A stretch of DNA of 64,000 nt from the human T2T-CHM13v2.0 reference genome, Homo sapiens (GCF_009914755.1 NC_060930.1); one strand, 5' to 3'. Shown: positions 27,825 to 42,109, counted from the first letter of the stretch. Program-made: numbers and translations. Notes: generated by a model from the letters alone, not told the origin.

Positions 27825-29635
27825 ACCCTCTTGCTTGTTTGTACTGTTGTATTGCATATGAAATTTCTAAAATTTCTTCATGTCCTAGGATTATCACACT
27901 GGTTTTAACAATTTCTTTGATAATATTTTATAGGTTCAGAGCAGATATAAATAATGAGCAATAATCTAATGTAAGACCAGAGGCCTAGAATACCTTTAAA
28001 GACAATTAAAAATCAGCACTTTTATTCATGGTTCTATATCAGATGTTTCTGTGGCTTACATTTCATTTTTTTAGTGCAGATTTCCATTTCTTCCTGGAAC
28101 TTTGAAAATAATTCTGTTGAAGTGTTTTAAAATGACAAGGTCTGGAAGTCCCTTTAGTTCATAAATGAATATTTTAGCTTTCCTAATTTTTCACCACTAA
28201 CTGTTATATTCAAAGGTTTAAAATTTAATTTACCATTTTTATATTGTGATGCCTAAGATCAGGTTTTAAAACCAACCCAGGTCTCAAAGCTACGTGGACT
28301 TGCTTTAATTAAAGACAATTGTATTGTGTCCAAGAAAGAGGGTTTTTATTGTTTTGGGTTTTTTTTTTTTTTGCTTATCTTTATTAAATGCATCATCTTC
28401 TATATGCATCTATTATGCCCATCCAGATTTTTCCTGAGATCAAGAAAACCATTAACAATTATGTTAACTATTTGATGCCACTAAAATACTTATAAATAAA
28501 AACTTCCCTGAATATTAGCTCCCCCATTGTCCTATTTTTAAAAGTGTCTAAGGAGTTACCTGGTTAACTTAAAAGTGGGTGTTTTTCCTGACCCCCAAGT
28601 CACTATAATCTTGCTCATAGTTTGTGCTTAACTTTTTTTCTTATCAAAATCTGTTTCCAGTTCTTTCTACTGATATGACCCTGTTCTCATAGCTGCTAGT
28701 CAGTTTTAAGTCACCGGTATACCCTGCCCAAATATGGTAGGTCTCAGCTTCACTGTAGAAGATGACAATACCTTTCTGACCTCTTTAAGTGCTTCATTTG
28801 ATCTTGGGGAGCAGTTCAGGCATTCAGAGGTTTTTCTCCTGTGTTTCAACCACACTACACACTGCATTTCAAGTGAAATGTGAAGTGAACCTCAAGGTCT
28901 CTCAGGAATCCAAATGGAATTTGCATTGAGTCTTTGAAAGAAAGTGAAATCACATTTTCTCTGTGAGTTAGCTATTTGAATTCCTGCTTTATATAAATAG
29001 TAGAAGCTGACCCTGATGTCCTCTAACATTAAAGTAAAAGAGGACATTAAGAAAGAGATTTCACTTTAAAAGCTGTAGCTGGTAATGAGAACTAAATACT
29101 ACAGTCTGTTTCATTTTATCTTTGGGAATGTTCAATAATATTTAAAGAAAGGTCGTGTTGATGCCACTTATCACATCATGAGATTAGCATATCTATGACT
29201 CAGGTCGAGCTATACATGATGACCAACTTAATAAGAATAATACAAATGTATCTCTGGTTTTAAACATTTCCAATGAATGGCAATATTACTAAATGAACAG
29301 CTCAAAGCCACATGTCTTCACTTAAAGAAAGTATTTTTTAACTATCTGCTAGATCTTGGATGAATTAATTAACTTTTGCTGAAAGTATACTGCATTTTTG
29401 GTGATCTTTGAGGATTACAATTCCTCTGGTATCATTAAATAAGAAGGATTTTCTGGGTACAAATGCAATATATCTAACCATTCATGTCTAAGTGCTTGAG
29501 ACAATTTGTCTCAATAGATTCTACTTTTCTATATGGTAGTAAGAATAAGTAAATTCCAAAGTCATCTCTAACACTAACATAACCACATGTTTTCCTTAAA
29601 GCTACATTCTGGAGCTATTGCATAATAAAATAATG

Positions 29636-29715
29636 AATATATATTGAATATACATATATGTATGTCTCTGTGTATATGTGTGTGTATATATGTGTGTGTG
29701 TGTGTGTGTATATAT
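29636..29715. repeat. (TA)/(TG) compound microsatellite
   Basis: Read directly from sequence. Confidence 0.85.
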
Positions 29716-30141
29716 GGCTATATGGCTGCTGCAGACATTGGAAAAACCTAGACATATCAAACACTTTGGAAGTGATTCCTAAAATTATTTTAATAAACAA
29801 ATATATTCATCATAGCTGGAAAATTATAGTCTTCCTTCAAGAGACACAAGGAAAATGGTACAGATTTTTAATGTAAACATTTATGAGTTATTTTAAATGA
29901 AAAGAAAAAGTAAAAACATAATTATGTTAGTATGAAAACCAGATATTCTGTGGCTCTATTTACACAAGTGGATTTAGATAATTTAGGTAAAAAATAGGTT
30001 ATTTTCTTGAATTACCCAGTGAATGATTTCTGACAAACTGCCTCAGCATTGCAAGTAATTTTCTGATTCTCTGTTTCACTCTGTGACACACACATAAAAC
30101 CAATTAAAATAGTGCAGCTTACCTGAGTTTTACTACTTTGA

Positions 30142-30231
30142 TCATAAACTCCTGGCTTCAAGCCATGCTCTCTTCCTGCCTTGGCCTCCTAAAAGTGGTG
30201 GGATAACAGGTGTGAGCCATTGCACCTGGCC
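30142..30231 (-). mobile_element. Tailless Alu 5' fragment (FLAM/AluJ-like, ~90 nt)
   Basis: Minus strand GGCCAGGTGCAATGGCTCACACCTG...GGAGTTTATGA; no A tail; direct repeat GTTTTACTACTTTGA at 30127-30141 and 30234-30248. Confidence 0.85.
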
Positions 30232-30401
30232 CTGTTTTACTACTTTGAATATCAGACATAAATCACCTACTTCAAGTATTATTAATTTGGGACTCTATGA
30301 AAACAGAAAAATATTTTTTGAGAATGAGTGAAGCCACACTATGAGCTATAAACTTATTATGTATTAACTTGAGATGTTATGGGCTCCCAACTAATGACTA
30401 C

Positions 30402-30717
30402 TGTATTAGTCCATTTTTACTCTACTATAAAGAACTACCTGAGACTGGGTAACTTATGAGGAAAAGAGGTTTAATTGACTCACAGTTCTGCAGGCTTGAC
30501 AGTATGCATGAATGGGAGACCTCATGAAACTTACAATTATGGCAGAAGGTTAAGGGGAAGTGCCACACTTTTAAACCATCCGATCTCATGAGAACTCACT
30601 CACTATCATGAGAACTGCAAGGGAGAAATAACACCCCATGATCCAAATGCCTCCTACCAGGCCCTTCCTCCAATTCGACATGAGATTTGGACAAGGACAC
30701 AAAACCAAACCGTATCA
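30402..30717 (-). mobile_element. MaLR solo LTR (MSTA-like, internally deleted)
   Basis: TGTATTAGTCC...CCTGAGACTGGGTAA...AGAGGTTTAATTGACTCACAGTTC...ATCTCATGAGAACTCACT...CAAACCGTATCA. Confidence 0.9.
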
Positions 30718-31038
30718 ATAAACTGCTTATTTTACTTAAAGAATCTGAAATAACACTGTATTATTAACACCAGGTCATTAAAGAAAGGACTTTTTTTTCA
30801 TATGAAATGATAACCTTTTAAAATTCAAATAAAAAATTATTATAGCTATCTTAAAATGTCACGAGTTGTCTTAATTTTTCTGATTTTATCCCATTTCAAT
30901 GAAAATTTTATCAGTGCCAACTAATTCTCTGAGAACTGGTATTTGAGAAGTTCTTAATTCTTAGTTAAAATTAATTTTAAATAGCTACCTCTATGAAAAT
31001 ATGTGTGTGAAATTTTGATACTAAAGTCAAGTTCCTTC

Positions 31039-31255
31039 CAGTGGTTCATACTGAGGGTGTTCATACTCCCCAGGGGACATTTACCAGTGTCTGGAGACAT
31101 TTTTGGTTGTCACCACTAGGGTGGGGATGCCACTGACATTTAGTAGGTAGAAGTCTGAGATGCTGCTATCTAACCTACAATGTGTGGTCCAATTCCCCCA
31201 CAGCAAAGAATTATCTGGTTCAAAATGTCAATAGTGAGAAGGCTGAGAAACTCTT
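31039..31255 (+). mobile_element. MER20, near full length
   Basis: CAGTGGTTC...CCAGGGGACATT...GTCTGGAGACATTTTTGGTTGTCAC...AAAGAATTATCTGG...AAAATGTCAATAGTG...TGAGAAAC. Confidence 0.9.
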
Positions 31256-32786
31256 TTAAACCCTTTTTAAAGTTAAACCTAAAGAACTGGTAAGTTTGTA
31301 AAGTCACATTGACTAAGAGAGTATCAGCTTCTGTTCTGATTGAGCCTAAATTTATCTGCTTTCTCTGTCTTCAGATCTCCTAAAACTTACCTACCTCCTG
31401 TGCTAATTTCCTTATATGTATGACAATTATGTGTTTCAGAGACTCCTGCTATGTTACTGTCAGCAGAAAATTCTTCTCATTTGCTTATGCATGAGTACAA
31501 AGTTTCTTTTAAGTGAAACCTCTATCCATAATGTCCTAGGGAAGCCTTGGTCCTTTTCAACATCTTCTAAAAACACAATGGCCTTTCTTGCTCCTCAATG
31601 TGCTTCACTTGCTACTTACTATTAAGTGCTTGTTGATTAATTCTACCCAAAATATAAACACTCTGAATACATTTGCGTTTAACAAATGGGGCTCAAGATG
31701 AAAACAGACTTCCTTCATTCTCATAGGGCAGAATGAGGTCTTCATCACTACAGTGTAATGCTATGCACTGGGGCAAGACAGTCCAAGGGGTGATTACATT
31801 TAATCATTCTTCACCCAGTATTATGTAACCTGTACCAAGTGAGCCAGGCTTAGTGCCATTACTCACAGAGATTTACATATAGAATATGAAGTTTTAAGTC
31901 CTTTGTTTCTTTATATGAATATTTGTGGCTCTTATATAAATATTCCTAAAGAACAAGCTCTGAAAAAGTGGAATAATTCCAAATGTTGAAAATAGTTTTG
32001 GACTCTATTTTGCAAGTGTTAACAGGTTTGGACACATCAGTCATTTACACTTAAACAAATTAACTCATAGTATTTCCTATGAAAAACAACTCCCACTGGT
32101 CTCTCTTTAGATATTATTTAACTTTTATTAGATGTGCCCATTTGCAAGGGAATATTTCTGTATGTGTTTCTTGTTTTAGTGCAGAATTTTCTGTAAATCA
32201 TTCGGTCTACATCTATAACTTTTAAATATATTTTATATATTCACGCTTTCTATTAATCTTCTTACTTTTTGGTTTTGACTTTTTTCCCCTTTACATTTTG
32301 TGAAACACTCATATACAGGGTTATAACTGGATACAAAATAACTAAAAAATAAAAATCAAAAAACATATGTTCCAATCCATAAAATGTTCACTAGGAAAAT
32401 ATTGTCATGAAAATGAATTCTATAAAAGTTATAAGAGAGACAGAGATAAAAAGAGGAGAGGAGAAAAGCAAAAACTAAGTTCTCCCATTTTGTAATTAGT
32501 AACTGGAAAATTTTTACTCAAATGTAACAGCTGACCTTCTCCCATATTAAATGCTTTTTGGCTGTATGGGTCAATGGGAATACAAGAAGACCTAACCTTG
32601 GTCAGAGATTGGCTTTGTATTTCAAATAAGATCATGCCCTGATACTATTCCAATTGCTAGAAGTTTTTCAAAAGACAACTTAAAAATATATATAATAATT
32701 CCAGAAAGGTAATTACTGTTAAATTTTTACCCTTTAAAGCCTTTAAATTCAGTTTTGTTCTTAGAAATAGGGTAGATTTAATAGAC

Positions 32787-33628
32787 GGAAGGAAAAAAAA
32801 GACAAAGGAAGGAAGGAAAGAAGGAAGGAAGGAAGGAGGGAGGGAGGGAAGGAAGGAAGGAAGAAGCGAGGGAGGGAAGGAAGGAAGGAGGGAGGGAGGG
32901 AAGGAAGGAAGGAGAGAGGGAAGAAGGCAGGGAGGGAAGGAGGGAGGGAAGGAAGAAAGGAAGGAGGGAGGGAGGGAAGGAAGGAGGGAGGGAGGGAGGG
33001 AAGGAAGGAGGGAAGGAAGGAAGGAGGGAGTGAAGGAAGGCAGGGAGTGAGGGAGGGAGGAAAGGAAGGGACGAAGGAAGGAAGGAAGAAGGGAGGGAGG
33101 GAAGGAAGGAAGGAAGGAAGAAGGAAGGGAGGGAAGGAAGGAAGGAAGAAGGGAGGGAGGGAAGGAAGGAAGGAAGAAGCGAGGGAGGGAAGGAAGGAAG
33201 GAGGGAGGGAGGGAAGGAAGGAAGGAAGGAGAGAGGGAAGAAGGCAGGGAGGGAAGGAGGGAGGGAAGGAAGAAAGGAAGGAGGGAGGGAGGGAAGGAAG
33301 GAGGGAGGGAGGGAGGGAAGGAAGGAGGGAAGGAAGGAAGGAGGGAGTGAAGGAAGGAAGGCAGGGAGTGAGGGAGGGAGGAAAGGAAGGGACGAAGGAA
33401 GGAAGGAAGAAGAGAGGGAGGGAAGGAAGGAGGAAGGGAAGGAAGAAAGGAAGGAGGAAGGGAAGGAAGGAGGAAGGGAAGGAAGGAGGAAGGGAAGGAA
33501 GGAAGGGAGGAAGGAAGGAAGAAGGGAGCGAGGGAGGGAAGGAAGGAGCAAGGGAGGGAAGGAAGGAGGGAAGGAGGGAGGGAGGGAGAAAGGGAAGGAA
33601 GGAAGGAAGGAAGGAAGGAAGGGAGGGA
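32787..33628 (+). repeat. ~840-bp polypurine (GGAA/GGGA)n tract with internal ~317-bp duplication
   Basis: Almost pure A/G; six rare pyrimidines recur in order at offsets of 313-321 bp. Confidence 0.95.
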
Positions 33629-34054
33629 CACTTGGAGCCCATTAATGTGCAGTTATGATCCTGGAAGCCATAGGGTAACGCATTTCCTAAATATTAAAAT
33701 AAGATTTTATGTCCTACATTTTCCCCAGATTAAGAACACTTAACCTTACCACTCTTTAGTGGTTTCTGTGATGTCTAACAACCCCTGCCCAACCCCCAAA
33801 CACAAGTAATAAAGTGCTTGTATAAAATGCTTCCAGAGTGAAAAACTGCTCAAATGAATAGTATGATTCAGTAAGGGTTAACGCATATAGCATGTATGGA
33901 TTGCTGGTCTTCCGAGCTCTATAATGTAGTGAAATAAAAATTTGCCTAAATTTTATCTTAAAACAGTTCTATCTCTTTGTTTTTACTTAGACATTTATTT
34001 TGAGAAATGGAGTACTATTAAGGCTTTAAATGCAAATATTAGATACAGTAAGTA

Positions 34055-34056
<2 letters not shown>

Positions 34057-34100
<44 letters not shown>
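34057..34100. repeat. (GT)22 microsatellite
   Basis: 44-bp perfect run. Confidence 0.97.
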
Positions 34101-34103
<3 letters not shown>

Positions 34104-34299
34104 GCAGAACAGTGAGCAAAAAAGGAGAATACAAGAAGCTGAATTGAATTTACACAAAACTGACAAACCCTGGAAATTGCTTAGTTTTTATTTAGGCTTT
34201 TATTTGCCATTTATATATTTCTTATAAAAATAGACTGTGAAAGACATAAATTTTAAATTATATTTACTTTTTTACCATATTATACAGAAACATTTTATG

Positions 34300-34528
34300 A
34301 TATGTCCTATATACAGGACACTGTTCTAAATCTTTGTGTGTGTGAGTGTGTGTGTGTGTATGACATGTAATCTCATAAAGCCCTATAGGATAGTATCATC
34401 CCTGTTTTACACAATAGGAAATGAAGCACAGAGAGGTATAAAACTTTCCCAATACCACTAAGCTGGTAAGGGTAGAATAGGATTTGAACTCAAACAGTCT
34501 ATTCTGGCATGAATACTATATTGCCTCC
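34300..34528 (-). mobile_element. MIR with internal (TG)n
   Basis: CCCTGTTTTACAC...GGAAATGAAGCACAGAGAGG...GGATTTGAACTCA. Confidence 0.75.
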
Positions 34529-34546
34529 TAATATATTAAGACTCTC

Positions 34547-34902
<356 letters not shown>

Positions 34903-36669
34903 TCATTTTAATTCGCTGTAGTGAACCTAGAAAAGTGAGCCCAAGCAGCAGACACATTTTCTGAAATTTTTATAAATAGCATTAAGTAAGTCAGTATGGT
35001 GAGTACCCTAGAATGAGCGTGGAAACATATTTCAAATATGTGTATGTTTGTACATTTTAAATGTTTTTAATGTACATCTAAAACTCCTTTTAAGAAAGAC
35101 CAACTTTTATGTTTAATGTGTTTCAGCTTTTAAGAAGCAGCTGTTTAAATACATGGCATTAGGGATCAGGGGTTGCTGGCATTGTGATTGAGGCCACATT
35201 CCCTGAGCTAACGGGGAGCAGAGGCATTCATGTCATTCTGAGTACAGGGTGATGTGAATGGATCAGTGAGCAGCAGGGCCACCAAGGTAGAACTGGCGGA
35301 GCCCAAGTGAAAAATAGAGCATCAGTAATTTTATACTGATTTGTTGGTAGAAAAGAGTCTACCTAGTGCCACATCTGATTTATGGAACAAATTGGACTTG
35401 TAATGAGTCCAGATATAACTGACCTCTTTGAAAGGAAGTCACAACCTTTTTTTGATATACTTCATGTATATACTCATGAATACATTATCACTATGCAGCT
35501 ATTTCATTTTATTCTGCAACTCATTTTTATGGTTAGAGTTATTCTAATTTTGTTGTAAGAATAGACAACCATAGAATCAAAAGTGTAATTTACTTCATTC
35601 TTTTACTGCTCCGTTCATGCTGAGTATTTTGTTTTGTATATTCCTTCTCATGACAACAATGCCAAAAGAAAAACTATGCTTGGAATGAACTTGTTACCAT
35701 GGTAATCTCAAAATTAAAGTTTCAAAGTGTTCAAATGTTGCCCTCAAAAAAAAATCACAAATAAAAATCTACTCAGTTTTGTAAGGTGGATGGCATAACC
35801 CTTGTTGCAGCATGTACATAATGACATTCACCTATCTTGAACTTTAGAGAGAGTCCAAATGTTTCTGGTGTACTGAAATTCTGTTTAGTTCAGTTGAAAT
35901 AAATGGGTTATAACTATGCAATTGCTACAGTATTTGCTGAAATGAAATACCATGTCAATATATAAAGAGAAGCTCATTTTCATCAAGCAAAGTAGACATC
36001 AAAAAAACTATTTTATATAGCATTGCTTAGACAACCAAATTAAACAAGTAATTTTTGTAGATTTAATTATGTATGTCATAACTAGAGTATGCCAACTTTC
36101 TGTCTCAATAATCACATTTTAAAAATATATTGATTAAGGAAAAAAAGAAGTCTCATTTGCCAGTGAACCTTTGGATATTTATTAAGATAATTTATGGCTT
36201 TAATCCAATTTTTAAAAATCTTTCATCTATCTTAAAGTGGCTTCAAGATTTTAAACTCTTTCCTGTGGCTTTTATCTTTAATTTTATCCTGTAGTGAATT
36301 GTAAAAGTAATGAACAAGGGCAATTGGATGACTCCTCTTACATATACACTCAGGAAAGCTCTCAGTCATCTATATATCCAAATTTGTGTAAAATATATTT
36401 GTTATTATATTCATTATTATAATATTATTATATTTATTTTATAAAGTCACATATATTAAGGTAGAAGCATTTCTGTTTAAAAATTATCAGGCAGTGACAG
36501 TAGGAAAACTTGTAGGCAAGCTAATTAACAACTAGATCCTTCCTATCATTCAAGGTTTTCACGGATGCTCTCAGTATTTAAATTATACATTAATATTGTT
36601 AGGCACTGAATAATCATCTATTCTGAAGTTGGAATTTTTGTTTGTATCGTAGATTCCATTAAACTTTAG

Positions 36670-37130
36670 TTTTTAATTTTTTTTTATTATTATACTTTAA
36701 GTTTTAGGGTACATGTGCACATTGTGCAGGTTAGTTACATATGTATACATGTGCCATGCTGGTGTGCTGCACCCACTAACTTGTCATCTAGCATTAGGTG
36801 TATCTCCCAATGCTATCCCTCCCCCCTCCCCCGACCCCACAACAGTCCCCAGAGTGTGATGTTCCCCTTCCTGTGTCCATGTGATCTCATTGTTCAATTC
36901 CCACCTATGAGTGAGAATATGCGGTGTTTGGTTTTTTGTTCTTGCGATAGTTTACTGAGAATGATGGTTTCCAATTTCATCCATGTCCCTACAAAGGACA
37001 TGAACTCATCGTTTTTTATGGCTGCATAGTATTCCATGGTGTATATGTGCCACATTTTCTTAATCCAGTCTATTATTGTTGGACATTTGGGTTGGTTCCA
37101 AGTCTTTGCTATTGTGAATAATGCCGCAAT
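36670..37130 (-). mobile_element. 5'-truncated young L1 (L1PA2-like) 3' end
   Basis: CACATTGTGCAGG, CCCACTAACT, GTGATCTCATTG, GAATAATGCCGCAAT; lacks the L1HS ACA/ACG diagnostic. Confidence 0.93.
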
Positions 37131-38309
37131 GGTTCAGGATAGAGCTTAACTTCTGCTTGTGAAATTTTAGTTTAGAATTTTTGTTTTATTAGATTTTTTC
37201 AACATTTTAATAAAAATGTATAGGCAAATGAAATCATGTAAAGAATATGTTGCTCTTTTCTATAATATAGTATGGGAAGCTGTCACTTCTAACCAACTAC
37301 TTTTGTGGTAAGAAAACAAAGAGTAACACTGAAAACACAATATGTGTTTCAGTAAAAATTTTCCTATTTGCTCAATAATTCAATATTTATTATCATATTT
37401 CATGGTAATACATTTCTGGAAGTTTATTTAAAAATTTATATTTAAACAATTAATTTGTAGTCTGCTCCAAGGAAGTTTCAAAAACATATGTGTATTATGT
37501 TTTACTGTTTCATTATCATCTGTTCATTTTCATCCAAAAGATATTTTTCTTGTGATTGGGAGACACCGGATATCATAATCAACATACAAGTTTTATGCTT
37601 TTGATAATATTTGAAAAGTGTTTTAACATTGTAGTTTATAGCAAATGACTTAATAATTGATCCTCAAGTAAGTGAAGTGGAAGGTTACTCAATACTAATG
37701 GTAGTAGGCAATATAGAATGGATGTTTGGTAGATACAACTTGTGCTCCACAAACTCTCAATTGCAAGAAATGTTTCATCATTCATTTTTCTTAAAATCAA
37801 ATTTCATCTGATTCTGGACGCTTATCCTAGTGAGTTCCCTGGAAATTCCATCTACCATTATTGTACCACCCTTCCCTTTCTCCCACCTTTCCCTCCTGCC
37901 CATTTCAGCCTCTAAAATTTCCAGGGATCTAATGAAGACACTTGAGGACTTCCACTGGTACTGACTTCACTTTGGCTGCCATGGATGAGTAGCAGTGCTT
38001 CTGCTGCTATTTTGCCCTCCTCCTGGGCATGGAAATTTTTCTCAGAACTTGATTCAGACACATTCGTGTACCATGCAGCTATTTCCCTATTTCCTGCCCT
38101 CTCCTACTGTCAGTGTGAGTTCCTCAGGCCTACATCGCCCTCTGCCTCCTTCCTTTTGAAAAGTCTTGCCAGCTGTCTAGTCCAAGCTCATAATTTATCT
38201 CTTTCTCTTACCTCTCCCCAAACTCCCAGCCCCGTTTCTGCCAGGGCTAGTATTGCTTCTCAATACTATTGCTTCAGGCTTTTATAAAAGAAAAAACATT
38301 TAATATCCC

Positions 38310-38445
38310 AAAAATCATATAATGCAGTTACTAGTTTTATCTCTCTTTTATGAATGAGGAAATTGAGGGCAGGGCAGATGGAGTAGCATGCCCAAGGCTA
38401 CAAAGCTAGAAAGTGTCAGAACCCAGATGTGAACACAGCCTAGCA
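38310..38445 (-). mobile_element. MIR fragment
   Basis: ATGAGGAAATTGAGG...TGCCCAAGGCTACA...AGCTAG. Confidence 0.7.
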
Positions 38446-38499
38446 CCAGGGAGATCCAGTTACCTTGTTGAATGGGGGAAAACAAATATTAGAATAACA

Positions 38500-38872
<373 letters not shown>

Positions 38873-40243
38873 TTATGTTATTTTATGTTATTTTTATGTT
38901 ATATTTTTATGTTACATTTATTACTAGTATTTGGCTAAGGCATGCCTGTCCATTCCAACCATGCATTTCCAGGCATATGCTTGTAAAGGAGTACAAGCTG
39001 TTTAATTAAACGGTGGTGTATGACAGGTCTAGGTTGAAGTTATATTTCTGCACCTCTATTTTCATTAGGCCTTATTTTTTCTGTCCGTATTAGTACTAAA
39101 AATGTAAGAAAATGCATTCGTGTACCCTCCTCCCTTCCATAAGAAAGTAAATCACCTTTTGAAAAGTATCTAAGTAAGTAAAAGCTTTTGCTCCTCAACC
39201 AGCTTATTTCAATTACCATCACTGGTCAGATCCATTTGTTCACCAGGAGAATTCAATGAATCCAGCAGTTTGCCAGAGGCTTTAATCGTATGCTTTATAG
39301 TAAAGCCTGAAAAGGCACTTTCCCCAAGGGACTTGTGTAAAGGACTGAGCTGCTGGGGAAACATTCATCATGAATTATTTGTTTACACTTGCAGTATTTG
39401 GTAATGTAGAAATGACCAATGTGCTATTGGCCATGTAAAAGACAAAGGGAATGTCTAAATAACTGAAGGCAAATCACAGCAGGATGTAAACGTGCTTAGA
39501 GTCTTCTACTAGGGCAGCATCACGGTGTAATTCCTGACTCTGTGCATATGCAGCATGAAAACCTGCCTAGTAGAAAAAGAAAAATGGAAGAAATTTTGGA
39601 CCAGTGCCGTTAGCTCACTTGAATATAAATGTAGCCAAATCCTCCAGTCTCTCAAAACTTGCATTACTAGATTGAGGATCTTCATGCCACTATTTTATGT
39701 AAATGTATTTAATAACTATCTTCCAAAAAAAAGTCTAAGTAAATCTGTGATGTTCTTTCTAACCAGCAAAACAATAGCCACTATGACTAATCTTTGTTAA
39801 GCTTCTGTAAGAAAATTACATGGCATGCGTAAGTGTGATTTCTTATTAGCCTTTTTTAAATAGAAAAAAATTATATTTCTACTTATGTATATGTGCAAGA
39901 GATTTTTAAAATCCAGTTTTCTTAAAATTGAAGTTTTTGTTTAGTACAATGAATGTTCAAATAAAGATCACTTTCAAACATGCCATTTTAATATCACATT
40001 AGATATACACTAAAATACATGAAAATCATTTATTTATCAAATATTTATTGAGTGCCTAATATGTGCAAATATTATGCAAGGTGCTAGGAGTGAAAGAGTT
40101 TTGCTTTTTATATTCCTTCTTTGATTGTAGCTTTCTTATTTAAGAAATCAACCAAGATTGTGTGAATTACTAGCAGTTACAAAATACACTGCAAGTTAGA
40201 CATGTATTTTTAAAAAATCACTGAGTTAAAAAGTGGTAACCAA

Positions 40244-40700
40244 AGCATTAGTCACAATAACAAAGACAAGCAGTCAACCTAGGTGCCCATCAGTGGTGGA
40301 TTGGATAAAGAAAATGTGGTACATATACACCATGGAATACTACATAGCCATAAAAAGAATGAAATCATGTCCCTTGTAGCAATGTGGATGCAGCTAGAGG
40401 CCACTATCCTAAGTAAATTAACACAGGAAAAGAAAACCAAATACTGCAAGTTATCACTTATAAGTGGGAGCTAAACATTCGGTACTCAGGGATATAAAGA
40501 TGGCAACAGTAGACACTTGAGACTACTAGAAGGGAGAGGGAGGGAGGGGGCAAGCGTTGAAAAACCAACTACTGAGGACTGTGCTCAGTACCTGGGATCA
40601 TTCATACCCCAAACCTCAGTACCATGCAATGAATCTAGATAACAAACCTGCACATGTCCCCACCTTCCGAATCTAAAATAAAAATTGAAAAAAAAAAAAA
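40244..40700 (+). mobile_element. L1PA15/16-like 3' end
   Basis: ORF2 C-terminus (ORF 40283-40474) plus 3'UTR ending GAATCTAAAATAAAAATTGAAAAA; degenerate TSD AAAAGT..CCAAAG. Confidence 0.9.
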
Positions 40701-40934
40701 GTCAGCCAAAGAAGAACGAACTCTCTTGAATGTCTGAATTATGGAGTAAGTCCTGGGAATCTTAGCTCCAGGTCACAGAAACTATTCAGTCTTTTTCTTT
40801 TAGGAGAGACTGTAAAGGCTAAATTTGGCCACGAGACTTCTTCAGTTTCATTGCAAATTCCTCATTGCTATTTCTCTCCCCTTTAAGATTGAGTACGGTG
40901 AAGTGGCTAAGGGTTTACCTAAGTTTTCAGATCA

Positions 40935-41125
40935 ACATGGTACAGGCAAATGTGTGGGATATGGAATCAAATAAACTTGAATTTTAATATTAGCTCCATT
41001 TGTAAATGGCATGGCAAGCTTCTTGTTTTTTTTTTTTTCAAATCTCATCTCTGAAATAAGGATCAGAATGCCTATACAGTGGACTTTGCAAGATTACAAA
41101 GCGAACATTATATGCAAAATACTTA
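40935..41125 (+). mobile_element. MIR fragment
   Basis: TGGAATCAAATAAACTTG...CTCATCTCTGAAATAAGGAT...AAGATTA. Confidence 0.55.
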
Positions 41126-41219
41126 ACTTCTTTCAGCTTGCAATGCAGGAGTGAGAAAGGCATACACTAAACACCTTATTTTGTGTGTGTGTGTTTGTAT
41201 GTGTGTGTGATGGCAAATT

Positions 41220-41760
41220 GTGATAAGGACTAGGATGGTTAGGAACAAGGTGCTATAAAAGAGAAGAATGATGTGGAGATCAAAATTTAGTTTGGGGAAT
41301 TCAAGAAGACATTTTTTTAGTAAGTAAAATCAGGTTGAGGCTTGGATGACAGGCAAGAGTCATCCAGGAAAAGATTTGGAAAAATGCTGGAAAACTTTTA
41401 GGCAGAAAACTGTGTAGTGCCCTCAAGAATCAGAAAAGCCAGTGTTATGGTAAAGACAGGCATGCAATGGGATGTGAAATGTATTGGGCCTCATTTAAAG
41501 AGTGATTACTTAATTTATATTCTGAGCTAGGAAACTTTAAGAGTGAAGGTGATAGGGAAGAGGTAATATTCACCATCATGCAAGAAGAATAGGTATAAAC
41601 TGGAAGTGTCTTGGGCACACAAGGCTGCACCAACACCCTACTAACTGGTCATATCAAAGAGCTTGGATTTTGTTCTGAATGCAATAGGAAGCCACTGAAG
41701 GGCATTCAATAAGAGGGTTACAGTATCTGATTTATCTCTTAATAAAACTACCCACCGTAG
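41220..41760 (-). mobile_element. L2 fragments
   Basis: GAGCTTGGATTTTGTTCTGAATGCAATAGGAAGCCACTGAAGG. Confidence 0.6.
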
Positions 41761-42109
41761 TGGCCTATAAGATTCTTGGATTATGTTATTTCTCTTAGTA
41801 TAAGCAAAATTAAGAATTTGTTTGATGACATTTTAGACAAGGTTGAATTTCTTTTGAAATTATAGCTCATTCATGAAATAAATGACAAAGGAGAAGTGTC
41901 TTTAGTAGTTTAAAGAGGGATGTAGAAGTTCCTTCACTGTTGTCTACTATTTGGGAATGTCCAAAATCAGTTGTCCTGGGGCAATGAGGGGCATAATATC
42001 AATATTATTTACCCTCCCTATCTCTCCCAGTCTTCCATTTCCTTTGTCCCTTTGTACCTAGGTATGTGGTACTAGTATGACTCAATAAAAGTAAATAGTA
42101 AAAATAGCA

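Noticed and set aside
29496-29514. Palindrome TTGAGACAA-T-TTGTCTCAA and similar TGAGAC-N6-GTCTCA at 61562
   Set aside because: Short arms, no supporting context
32657-33658. Long ORFs of 203-324 aa (LPSF-rich and EGRK-rich)
   Set aside because: Stop-free by composition of the GGAA/GGGA tract; open in several frames on both strands
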